From Phyllosticta citribraziliensis (Eukaryota), in contig NW_027117338.1 of the NCBI RefSeq assembly GCF_038025025.1, forward strand, positions 1,488,001 to 1,552,000: 64,000 nt of DNA. Reading direction: 5' to 3'. Each line of letters begins with the position of its first letter. Position 1 is the stretch's first letter. Below, one piece after another: positions 37,801-49,434 of the stretch. Both the position numbers and the translations under genes were made by a program. Below the pieces are notes generated by a model. It was given only the letters and a program-made list of their open reading frames with translations, ran no database searches and was not told the origin of the DNA.

Positions 37801-38747
37801 GGGAGGTTGCAAAGGATGCCAAAGCAGCCCCTGTGCAGCCACAGCAGCCTGCTGCACAAACAGCGGCTCCATCTCCACAGCCCGCTGCCACTCCTCAAGC
37901 TACTCCTCAGCAGCAGCAGCAGCAGCAGCCGGTCCAGCCGGTCCAGCCGATCCAGCCGATCCAGCAACAAGCACCGCAGCAGAACCAACAAGTCTCGTCG
38001 CCCGTACAGCCCCAAGGGCAGCCGCCTGGTCAATCTCAAGCGCCGCGCGGCTCGTTTGGTCAACCTGGAGGTGCAGTTCAGCAAAGTCAAGGTCAGCAGC
38101 GTCCACAAGCCGCCCTGAACCAATTTCAAAATCAGCAAGGCCAGCCTGTGCCCGGGAATCCTTTTGGCACCGGCATTCCACGCCCCGGTAGCGCCATGGG
38201 CGGTCCCATGGGCGGTCCCATAGGCAATCAATTCCGACCAAACTCGCCGTTTGGCCAGCAGCAAATGGGACAGATGGGGCAGATGGGACAAATGGGACAA
38301 GGGCTGCCGACTCCTCCTTTCCAAAATCAGCAGCAAGCAGGAATTCCAAATAGACCACCGCAAGGACAGCCCCCGGGTGCTGGGACTGGCCCGCAGGCGC
38401 TGCGCAACATTATCGGTCAAGGTGGCACCGGCATTCCACGTGGCGGCGGCATCCCGAGGCCAGGTGGGCGTGGTGGTGGCCAAGCTGGTAATGGGCCAAA
38501 CCAGCAGACCGGCGGCCAGCAAGGCCCTGGCAGTCAGCGAGGCAGGGGTGGCGGTCACGGTAGGGGCCGAGGAGGAGGAAATCAAGGTCAAGGCCAAAGT
38601 GGTGATGGCGGTCCTGGTGCCGGAAGGGGAATGAATGCCAGCGCGAGACAATTCGTCCCCAACAAGCGGCCGAGAGACGATGCAGGCACAGATGGAGATG
38701 GTGGCGGTCCCAAGAGGGCGAGAGGGGGCGGTAATGCTGGATCGTGA
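31825..38747 (+). CDS. MLP1: Nuclear basket coiled-coil protein Mlp1/Tpr, multi-exon
   Basis: About 2200 aa coiled coil; LFRNIEELQEQN, AQQNYEVELIKHA, YLRREKEIVD, ELNLFRESSVTLRNE, ILQKYDRVDP; Q/G/RGG-rich tail. Confidence 0.92.
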
Positions 38748-40573
38748 GTGCCAGATGATGCGAGGTTGGGGTTTTGCCAACTCTACTTTTTTTTGCTTGA
38801 CGTTGCTAGTTTCTAAAAATTTGCTTTTCGTTGGCGACGCTGAAGTCGAGCAAGCGGTCATTTCGTTGCTACCGGACACAAGGCGCACACCACAGGGCAC
38901 AGGGGGTTTTGATCAAGTCTGGCATTCCACCACAGGAGCTGGTGGACTTTTCACTTTTCACACGAGCCTTGTATCATTTCAAAATAGACGGAAGTCGGCA
39001 ATTTCAAGCCAATAACGATTGGTCCAAAAGGTGCATATTGACTTGCATGGTCAACAGTCTAACCGGGCGAGGCTGTGAAGAACCTCGGGTTGCATCCGAC
39101 AAGGCTGAGTCTCAGGCTAACGCCTACAGTGGCAAAACGCCGATTTGCGCGTGACGGCTGTTGTCAGCACTCAGCATTGACACGACGATTCTGTGGCTGT
39201 CTGCACATGAGGTTTTCCACAACTTGGACGAGCAGTGACGTCAAAATGCAACCCCCGACAGGAATGGTCACCGAATCTCCGTCCGACCAAAAGACCATGC
39301 AGCCCGACTCGACTTTGTCGCCCAGGGAACCCTCCCCAACACAACTCTTCCCATTCGATCAGCTTGTCTTGCCAAGCAAAGAACGCGCGTCGGTTAGTAC
39401 CGGGCTACGCTGCATTTCGTCTCGGAAAGCTTGCAGATGCATTTTGGGTTTTGGAGGGGAACGCGAAGTACAGTACAACAGCGTGCCAACAGCAAAAACT
39501 GCTGACCAAATTCCAGTTTGTCTCCTTGCAGCTCCAACGTCTCGAGACCCAGCCTCTGTGCGCGGTTAGTGTAGCGTGACAGGTAGGCAGAAGCCAAGGC
39601 ACAGTCGACAGACGCGGGGAACAAAGTCGACGCCAACCCAGCGCAAGGTACAACCTTTCATGCGCGTAACACGGCGGGACGGGCAGAGGGCAGCTCAAGC
39701 AAGCCCGGGTAGCTAAACCGAGCCGAAACCCACGACCTCCCCGTCTCTTGTCCTGTGCCCATTCTGCCCTTTTTTCAATGGCGCCTCCGTCTGCTTGACC
39801 CAGTCCGCCACTATCCCGCGCGCTTCCTATGACGTATGCCAATGGCTACGGAGCAGCATCCGCCGGCCGTCTCTCGGATTGGCGCTGTCGTTGTTTGTGG
39901 GGAAGCTGGGATGCGCTCATCGTGTCATCCATGAGGGTGGCCAAGGAAGTTCACTTGGGTCAGGACCGTGAGAGGGAAGCAGCATGAAGTTGAGGCCCGG
40001 CATATCGGGAGGCTGGATTCCTGCATGTCTGATTGCGTGTTGAAGACTGTTGGAGGTGAGGTAAGGTCAGAATAAGCTGCAGATAGCTCCTCCAGTCGAG
40101 AAATGCACTGCCGCCATAGTAGGCAGATGCTGGGTGCGGGTGCGGGTGCGGCTGGCTGACGGCGGGGGTTAGGGACGCGTTTCAAAGCGGATATATTTCT
40201 AATGTGCTTGGTAGATCGTTCTCCACTCCGCTCTCTCATCAACCTGCTTACTTGCGCTCCACCGCTGTGGTCAGGCTGCGTTGTCCGTGGGTTGGTTAGC
40301 TTTGGTCGCATGTCTTAGGCGACGTCAACCCAACTTCATACCCAAACTACCTGACCTCACCACCCATCCCCTCCGCAAACCACATCCTTCCCCGACCTGG
40401 TCTCTTACCTGCTCTATTCGACAACCTAACAGCATCTTGCATCTTTCCGGTGGATCCCACGGCTGTCTATCCTTACGCGTAATCACCGAAACATAATCCG
40501 ACCTATCATCCTCTATCTAGTCCGCATTCAGTAGCATACCCTACCACTCTGCGACGTCTACAATCCAGGCGCA

Positions 40574-41242
40574 ATGTCGACGGCAGTACGTATATTACAT
40601 CCCTACCGTTTCCGCCCACGCGCTTCCCTTCTTCTCCCATCCCTCCAAATCTTTCATTCACTCATCCGTTCCTGCCTTCCGAGATGTCCGGGGTTGCCCG
40701 GGAGGGGAGCAGTCGCGTTCGACTACACACTCATTCACTGCACCATGTTGCGGCGTTATTGACATGCTGCTCTAGGAAGACTGCCTCCTCATCCTCATCG
40801 CCATCTTTCTCCCTCCACTCGTCGTCCTGATCAAGCGAGGCTGTGGCCTGAATTTCTGCCTCAACATCCTGTTGACGCTGCTGGGTTGGATACCCGGAAT
40901 TCTGCGTAAGTCTTTCGCACTGAATCGAGCGCCGTCTCCCGCATTATTTCCATCCCTCTTCGCCCCTATCATCATTTTCGATGCGCAAGCGAATGCGCCA
41001 AGTGTGCTTCTCCGACTCGCACTTCGCGCGCAATTTGCGCCACCAGCGGGCCATGTCTCGACAGTTTCACAGACTAACGCAAGTCTCTTGCAGATGCCTG
41101 GCTCATCATCGCGACGTCGCCGCGCCGACGCGTCGTCTACCGAAGCACGAACTACCCAACGACGTACGGCGGCCCCGGCTACCAAAGATACCACCGGCGC
41201 ACTTACTCGGCGTCGCGGCCACGGCGGCGATATTACTACTGA
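40574..41242 (+). CDS. Pmp3/UPF0057 small proteolipid membrane protein, three exons, Arg/Tyr-rich tail
   Basis: Spliced MSTA|EDCLLILIAIFLPPLVVLIKRGCGLNFCLNILLTLLGWIPGILH|AWLII...RRRYYY*; introns 40586-40775 and ~40907-41093. Confidence 0.85.
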
Positions 41243-42280
41243 GCTGGAGATGAGGTCGGAGTTGAAGACGGCCTCTCCGGTGTCTGTGGCAAAGAAGAGG
41301 GATTACCTGGGAGTGCGGAGGTTGATGCCCTGCGTGGTATGACCTTTCATTGATGGCGACTCGTTGTACGATGCAAGCGGAGTCGGACGACGACATTGTA
41401 TGTGTATTTTTTCAGATCCATTTCCTGCGTTGGGTGCTCAGGGGTCGTGGAGAATAAGGGGCCACTTTCGACATTGTGCTTTCACGTCGAAGCGGGGTAT
41501 GGGCCAAACGACAGCATCTCTTTAACCCATCGTGTGGGCGCGCTGCCGACGGGGCTGGTGGAGCTTTCGTGGAAGGGTGAACATAAATATCCCCGGCGGG
41601 TCGAATACCCCAATGCTTTGTTTGGGCGGAATGAGGTTAGTCAAATTTCTGCTTCTCTGCGGTCAGGGGGGTTGGGAATGGAAAGTTGCCCGACCCTCAA
41701 GAAGCAGACTTGGATGCATGTTCTGGTCTTTCATTTGGTGTTCTCGGTGTTTCTAGTCTTCTTGCGCCTGTGCATGTCGAGCCTGTACACGACGATTGTG
41801 ACGAGTAGAGGAGGAATCTACACATAAAACATGCAAGCATTTGCTAAAATTGAAGTAAACGAGTGACATGAGTGGATTTGGGTAATTACTTTGTCTGACC
41901 GCGCTCACTGACCGACCAAGGTGTTGAACGCAAGTGGTGGTCAATAAAGATCAAACCAACGGAGCATCTCCGCCGCCTCGCGGTTGCTGTTTGCGAGGTT
42001 CGCGAACCTAGGATTCATGATACTTCTCGAAGCAAGCCCTACTCGATCGACTCATGAAGCTTGGTGTCGTCCATACAAACCTCATGAACCAGTTCAGTTG
42101 ACAACCACGAACCAGTCAATGACCTCGACCACTTCCAAAGTTGCCTCTCAAAGTCGTTTAGACTTCGCTTACCTTGTAGGACCATTGACAATGAGCAACA
42201 CGGCGTCGAAGACCCCTAACCCCCTGAACCGTTCTCACCAATTCATAACCCAAAAGTCGCAGGATCCCTGTATCAAAAAC

Positions 42281-42406
42281 GGGGGTGTGGCGCAATGGTA
42301 GCGCGTCAGATTCCAGCAATATCTTCATTTAGGACCACACAAAAGGCCTGTTGAAGACAATATTGGAAGTTCCTGAAGGCTATGCGTTCAAATCGCATCA
42401 TCCTCA
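42281..42406 (+). tRNA. tRNA-Trp (CCA) with ~54-nt intron
   Basis: Acceptor stem GGGGGTG/CATCCTC, D arm GCGC-AATGGTA-GCGC, anticodon loop TT-CCA-G, T arm ATGCG-TTCAAAT-CGCAT, T-rich terminator. Confidence 0.88.
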
Positions 42407-43353
42407 ACCCTTTCTTTTGCTTTTTTATGTCGGCGAAGTGGAGCGGAGTATGGGGAAGGCACAAGGTTTGTCTGGACCGCAGGACTATTGTTTTGTTCGC
42501 GATGCCTTTTTTGTTGGGTAGCCGTGTGCGGCGAGACTAGATCTCTGCGGAATGGCCGGCTGTCGGGCCCACCGCCGCACCCACGCGCCTTTACGTCGCA
42601 TACGCTTTGCCGCTTCGGACGCTGTTCTGAGGTGTCGGCGCGGTGGGTCGTCGGTCGATCGGTCTGTTTGTCGGGCAGATGAGCGGGGTTCAGTTCGGCA
42701 TTCTGATTGTTGCGACGAAGGACGGTTCCCGCGAAAGACTTGGACGGGGGCGGAGAGATCGAGAGATTTGATGTGACCACGGAGCCACAGAGCCTTATAC
42801 ACCGGCCGAATCAACAGGGGATGGAAAAGTGGTGACGTGCGAGGTAGCGGCAGTAGAAATGGACAACGATAGCGCTGGGCTGGGATCTGATGCAAGGGAT
42901 TTGTTCCACATGAAGACACTTTACTGAGTCAGCTTCGGCATGCGAGTACGCCGGAACGTCTCTTCATTGCTTTAGTACCGTTCCCCATGCTCTACTTGAA
43001 GAATTATTGGCAGCCAGATTAAAGCAGCTATCCGAGTCAGACAGTGATGGTTTCGACTGTCTCGCTCCGTCTTTGTTCGAATCTTGGAGATTCATTGGAA
43101 GCTGCATTTTTTGGTCTCGTAAACTGTGGCTCCACCCCTGCCTAATGTGGAGCTCTAACCCTCAATTGTCGAAAAACTCAGCCCCTGGTGATGCCAGATA
43201 CTCTGAATTGCAGTCAACAGGCCACTGAATATCTTGTTGATCCCCGGAACTCGGATTTCGGGATGCTAGGGCGCTTGAGAGCTCTGGGCTTACTGAGAAA
43301 TGCTTCAACATTAACTATATGTAACTAAAAAACATCACCGTCAATTATGAAAT

Positions 43354-43470
43354 GGGGGTGTGGCGCAACGGTAGCGCGTCAGATTCCAGAGCCTCCGTGC
43401 AGAATCATTCTTGGTGTTCTCGGTTACTGGAACTTCCTGAAGGTTGAGCGTTCAAATCGCTCCATCCTCA
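43354..43470 (+). tRNA. tRNA-Trp (CCA) with ~45-nt intron
   Basis: Same exon sequence as 42281 with compensatory T-stem GAGCG/CGCTC; unrelated intron; TTTT terminator. Confidence 0.88.
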
Positions 43471-43487
43471 TCACCTTTTGTCACCTC

Positions 43488-45454
43488 GTCCCCTAGATCG
43501 GCAAACCTTTTGGGGCCACTTTTGGGGCCAAAGGAGATCCTTTCTAGCGGCTCAATATAATACCTCGAGTGGCACCCAATAGCCGCCCTTTCAAGCTGCC
43601 CCTGTTCACTTCTGGACAGTTTCACAGTGAACAATGTTTCGCGTGTCTTTCGGCGTCAGCAGATCCCTAAACGATCTATGAGAAGGCACAGAAGCTGCAC
43701 AGGGCTGGGAGTGAGACAAAGACGACTTTACTTTTGTTTGTTGCACAAGGGGTGTTCCGTGCATTCTCAACCTTTGATCAAGAGCTCGATAAAACAAGGG
43801 CAACTGCGGCAAAGACGCGCCTCATTACGAAGAACCTCGTCCTATGCAAATCCGTTCTCTGTCTGGGATGAAAGGCTTTGGGAGTTTGAGATTGGGAGTG
43901 GTGAGAGAGAGCGGCGGCTTTGGCATTATTATCGGTCGGCGAGGCGGTTGGGGATTTCCTTGCCGACAATCGGCATGCCGAGCTGACTGCGTCTGCTTCG
44001 ACCAGCGGTATCCGCCCGTTATCCAACACACTTCCGTCGCAACATTCGAGAGCTTCTTGCGTTCACTTCGACTGGAACCCGGAAATCGCCAATGAGCTCT
44101 CTACTGGATTTTCCTCGCCACTTCCCAACTCTTTGCCTTCGCACTGTGAACACGACATGACCACGCGTCGCTCGTCAAAATATCTGCTCCGAACGGCCTT
44201 TTTTCCATTCGATCGTTTTCGCTCCGAGTGAAACAGATGGTAGTAGTCGTTGTAGAGCTTGGAAAAATTGCGCAGCTTCGACAGAAGTCGAACACGTCGA
44301 AGGAAGCTATCGGATTTGTCCAGGATGAGAAGCCAAACATCCGCCCAGCAGATGACGCTACTTGCTTGGAATTCATCCGCACGATCAACTTGCAAGAGTG
44401 TCGTTGATTCTCTTATGAGGACACCTGGTACTGCGGTTGGAGCCAAGGAGCAGTGGTCCATCGCACAACCATGGTTACATCGTGTCGAGGGCGCTTTCAT
44501 TCACTGTACTGTACATCTAGCTGAGCATCTGCAATTCCTTTTGGGGCCCACCGTACTGCCCAACAGCAGTGGCGCCAGAAAGGGAAATCAACGTTAAGAC
44601 AAGAAGAAAGCAATTGATTACGCGCCCGTTTTGACATTCCCAGTCTTTAATCAAGGCAATTGCCCATGTCTCTCGCAGTGGCCGATACAAGGAGCATCCA
44701 GTCGAGCATCCTGGCATGCCTATGGGTTCGAGGAAGAGTGCAGAAACAATTCGTGCGAGGAATCTTTCTAGAAAACAGGGTTTTCGAGCTGCCAGATGGC
44801 GAGAGTGATGTCACAGCCTGACTCCCCGATAATCTCCCTGATCTTTGGAGCGACTGTAGTCTTCCAGCGCGCGTTGTCCACGTCCAAGACCTCAATGAGG
44901 GCCGTCACCTCCCGATGGTCAAACTCCAAGGAACCGAAATAGACCAACTGCAGGGTCTGCCAGATCATCCTACTCTCCTTCAGAATTCGTAGAATCGCGG
45001 GCTTGAGCGAGCTTTTCCACACTCCGATCGCCGGATGTCCGGCCTCGAGAATCTGCATCTGAGGGAACTGGCACTCATCGATTTCGATGTGCAGTCTTGG
45101 ATCGTTACGGTCAAGTTGGAGCTCCTGCACCAGACAGGCAATGGCGTCGTGCCAGTGGTTGCTTCCCTTGACGCTGGTGAAGGCAGTGATGGCGAGCATC
45201 ACCACTGGTTCGATGTTGTCGTTGTTCCGCGTGCGTCGCTCCCCGATGTCGTACGTCATGAAACCCAATTTGGAACGAAGTTTTTCGATAGATCCGGAAA
45301 TACTGCATTTTTCCTTGTAATTCATTTTGAGCGATGGTGCAAACGGGAAGGTTTTTTTGAAGGTCGTGGGGAGAGGCAATAGTTTCGGCCATCCTATGCG
45401 ATAAGACTCCTCCTCAATGCTGGCTTTGACTTCGCACTCGCTGAGTTGCTCCAT
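43488..45454 (-). pseudogene. Disrupted third copy (C) of the Ssy5-like trypsin-fold family
   Basis: EESYRIGWPKLLPLP N-terminus intact to a stop at 44768; later fragments in shifting frames retain MPGCSTG, AISGFQ (cf. ATSGFQ), LVEAD, VKLSR and FADLGD (43505-43488). Confidence 0.75.
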
Positions 45455-46146
45455 CCTTCGTCCAGCGCTTGTTCTGGAAGAGCGAGAAAATTGAAAGTGG
45501 TGTATGGACGGTTGGCGTGGAAGGCCTATGTGTGCTCGGTCTCTGGAAAATATGTCGCAGGGGTTTACGCGTGTCGATATCGTGGATTTGGTGCCGATGG
45601 AACGGTGACAAAGAATGGCAACACGAGATTACTGTGGTTAGTTGTCTTATACATACTCGGGGGTTGGTGTTGAACCACATATATCAGCATTTTTTTGAGC
45701 GAGAGGAACCGATGGTCAACACGGTCAACCACCAGTCTTTGAACCTTGGAACCCTCGCTCGAATACGTAACAGAGCCACCCTCTACCGAATTTTGTGAAA
45801 GAGACGTCAAAATGAATCCATGGGCACCTTTTCCAAAACTAATCACCCCAGTGGTCAGCGCCATCAATGGTATACATGTATGCGGGAGTGTTGTGATATT
45901 TGCTTTCGAATTTGAAGGGTGTTGTTGTGTGTCATACATATAATGCCTCGCACAAATATGAGATACATAAGATGAGTGAGGCAATGAAAGGAGAAAGGAG
46001 ACAAACAGAAACGTGTCAGACTGCCTTTATGCTTGTCTATCTGGTTGAACCATTTTTCCACACGCCAATGTACGTCCCGAGAAGGAGAATCGAGGAAAAT
46101 AATCGATAGCGCCAGATCCCACACTGTTGGAACTTTCGTGAGAGAA

Positions 46147-46283
46147 CGAGGCTTGGTAGCAAAAGTCGTGGCACACGCAACCTCTGAATCACTACAGTGG
46201 ACGCTTGAATGCTCCCTGATGGACGTGACTGGTTCCCTACCTGCTCTTGTCTTTTGTGTCACGAACTTTCCGACCAAGCCCCG
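46147..46283 (+). mobile_element. Class I TIR element with a single clear unit
   Basis: Left cgaggcttggtagcaaaagtcgtggcacac, right tgtgtcacgaactttccgaccaagccccg; gaatgctccc at 46207; internal sequence colinear with the 17.7-kb copy. Confidence 0.8.
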
Positions 46284-46316
46284 GAAACATTCGTGTGCTC
46301 GTCATCATTGTCGTCA

Positions 46317-47724
46317 TCATGGACTCTGGTTGCCCAAACCCTCGGCCCACGTCTTGACACGCCCCCTGAGCTCCGCCATCGCGCCAATCTCGAGCCAAAA
46401 GTGTCCTGCACCTTCGATCTCATGCCATGCAAAGCGCGAATGCTTGCACGGCGGAGCGACAGGAGCGGCAGGTTCATCTATCTGGCCCTGCTGCTGGTCC
46501 GCCTCGGCTTTGGATTCAGTGGACAGCTTGCCGCACCACGCACGCAGACGCTTGGAGCCCGTAAAACCATCGCTGGCGCCGAAGAGGACGAGGGCAGGAT
46601 GCGTCGTGAGCGGGTTGGTTGATGGGGAGCAGCAAGACGGAGAGGAGGAGAAGAACGAGAGGGAGAGGGAAAGAGACGAGAGGGCGAGGGATGGTGCGAT
46701 GAGGAACGAGAGCGGGGGCAGGAGAGGAGAGATGAGGAGATAGGCGGGAGAGATGGCGAGCCGTCCAGAGGCTGGGAGGGGCGGTGGAGGCGCTTCGTCG
46801 TCCTTGTCCGGAGTTGCTGTGTTCTCATGCTGGCGGTGATGCCGCGGCGCTTGAAAGGAACTGCGCAACTCCTTTCCCCAACTCTGTGGGCGGCGCAAGT
46901 CCAGGCTCAGACTCCGCCGCCCATTGGCGCCCGCGTCCTGGCTCTTTCGCTTGCCGCTCCCCGCCGTAGCAGCAGCATCGCTCTCGTAGCCACCGATGGT
47001 GACCGGGCTCTTGCGTCGACTCTCGAAAGTCGCTCTTGGACTCGTGGGGCTGAGGTGCTGCTGCTTTTTCGAGGCCTCATGTTGCTCCACAAGCTCCTCA
47101 ATTGTGCGGGCTGCGAGACTGCTGGCGAGCTGGTGTATGATGCTTGCGGCCTGGCTTGTGGGCGTAGACTGAAAGGGAGCGAGGAGAGAGTCTATGGGAG
47201 GGAGGCGCGTGACGATAAGAGAGCCATAGGAGTAGCCACCAAAGACGACATGGATTGGATGTCCGCTCACGTCTTGTGTTCGCGAAGCTGTTGTGGAAGA
47301 TGCCCCCGGAAGCTTCAAGGCGTGCATGTAGCAGACCAATGCGCCTGCAAACGACATGTAGTCTACTAGCTCAGGCTTTCCAGTCCAGCTCGTGCGGCCG
47401 CTTGAGTTGTGTGCACCCCTGCTTTCCATTAGACCATGGTCTACAAGTGTTGCGGGATTCCTGCCTGAAGTTGAATGTCCCCACAACATATCCTTGGGCC
47501 AGCAACTCAGCGCCCACATTTTCAACAATGGGATCATCGAAGCCTCCGCCCAGTACTGCGTAAGGGTGCGCGAGAATGGCAACTTTGCGCGTCCATTCTG
47601 CGCCCGAATCAAGGTCCAGGTCGACGAGACTCGCCGGGTGGTGGATGCGACAATCGAGCGGCGTGCTGTCGTGGAGAGACGGGATTCGAAAGCTGTAAGC
47701 TACTGGTAGGAGTTGGGAGCCCAT
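46317..47724 (-). CDS. Alpha/beta hydrolase fold protein
   Basis: AHPYAVLGG, FNFR|GA, TSWTGKPE, nucleophile elbow GYSYG, FGASDGF, GAGHFW; one 46-nt intron 47464-47419. Confidence 0.85.
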
Positions 47725-48117
47725 GGCTGGGTTCCCGTGCGTCTCGAGAACTCAGGGCATGCCGTGTTGGTGGACGTGTTGGCTTTGGAAACTTTTGTGC
47801 GGTTGTAGAGTGTTGGGGAACATGGAGAGTTGAGTCCATCCCCCGATGCCGCGGGGCATGGTGACGTAGCTCGCAAGCACCATATTTTGCGAGGTGGTCC
47901 AAATGTGGCAGAAAGACAAAAAAAAAGAGCTGCCAATGAATGAATGCCTTCATATATCTCACATCATTGAAAGCTCTCAACGTAAACCAATGTGGTTGCC
48001 TCGCGCGCTGTTAGTTCCGCGTATCGCGGACGTTCTCCGCAGTCCTTCCTCCAGACGTCAAACCATCGCCATCACCAAACTTTTACCTCCCAGACCACAA
48101 CCACCGCATCGGCAAAG

Positions 48118-48623
48118 ATGGCATCAGCCGCGGAGACAGTGCAGCCACCGCGCGACCTGCCTGCAATGACAAACGCGCAAGCAATGCCCTTTCTCTCGCA
48201 ATTCGTCGGGCGCAACCTGCGCATCCATGTCTCCGACGGCCGCATGTTCATCGGCCAGATGCGATGTACAGACAAGGTAACTATCCATAAATCCACATAT
48301 CTGAACTCTCTCCTACAGTCCACTATCAAACCATGTAGCTAACCGATGGACTTCCGCCCGCACAGGACCGCAACACCATTCTCGCGCAGACCCATGAGTA
48401 CCGGCAGCCCAGCGCGCACGCCCTCCGCGACGCCCTCTCTTCCCCGGAAGCCGCCTCCTCCGCCTCGCTCTCGAACCCATCGTCCGCCGCCTCTGTCAAG
48501 CTGCAAATGACGAGCCGCTTTGTCGGCCTCGTTGTCGTGCCTGGCCAGTACATTACCAAAATCGAGTACGAGCAGAGCATGTACGCGCCCGAGCCGGAGT
48601 TCCCCGAGGCGCCTGAGGCGTGA
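48118..48623 (+). CDS. LSM-domain protein, Mak31/Naa38 (NatC auxiliary subunit)-like
   Basis: LRIHVSDGRMFIGQMRCTDK|DRNTIL...RFVGLVVVPGQYITKIE; one intron ~48277-48365. Confidence 0.85.
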
Positions 48624-49434
48624 AAAAGAAACGATCAAAGCTCGAAGCTGTGTCTGTGTCTTGTCAGACTTCCGTCGTTTCCGGGCAGGAAAGATGGGAA
48701 GAGTGGATCGTGGTTGCTGGCGCTTTATGCGAGTCACAATAGCCACGGGTTGGGCAATGAAAGAGACTGTTGCGGAATGCAGGTCCTAGTGGCGGCTAGT
48801 CTCCGTGAGATACATTGGACCTTGTCGGTGTCAAGCAGCCAACATAGCAGCCGAAGGAAGGCAGGGGTCAAAGTACGTGGTGGTTCGATGACCTGCCGTA
48901 CTCGTAAAATCATTCCAAGAGGTCTTCTAGGCTGATGGATTGCTTGCACTTGGAGGGTCCAGGTGATGTAGTCATGATTCCGTCAAATTGGACTGGGTAG
49001 GAGAATGTTGGGCATTCGATAGGGACAGCAAGTCTGGACCATCATCCAAACGTGGAAGAGTCCACTGGAGCAATCTCAAAGACAAGGACTTCAGAAATTA
49101 CCACGCGAGTTTCGTAGCAGCCGTGTGAATTAAGAGCAGTTGAGGTGTATAATTACAATCAAGAAAAGCGGTATTCCGTATAACTCGATAGCCCAACCTG
49201 AGTTTTTTATGCAGTGCCTCCAACCGTCCAACAGCCAAAGAAACTATGACTCAAAACGCTCTAACCAACCCGATGCCGCTTCGAAGCCAAAAACGGAAGG
49301 AAAGATCAAATGAAAAGGGAGGGGAAATCTAGGACCGTACCTACGCCGCGCTGAATCAAGATGTGCTTGACAAAAGGAAAAATCGGGAATGGATGACGGG
49401 GCAGCTGGAGGCGCATCTCAGCAGTGGAGGCAGA

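Noticed and set aside
37900..38300. CAG and 9-bp repeats (QQQ, QPV/QPI, QMG)
   Set aside because: Ordinary coding low-complexity sequence in the MLP1 tail; the same applies to the EKA repeats near 54815-54880.
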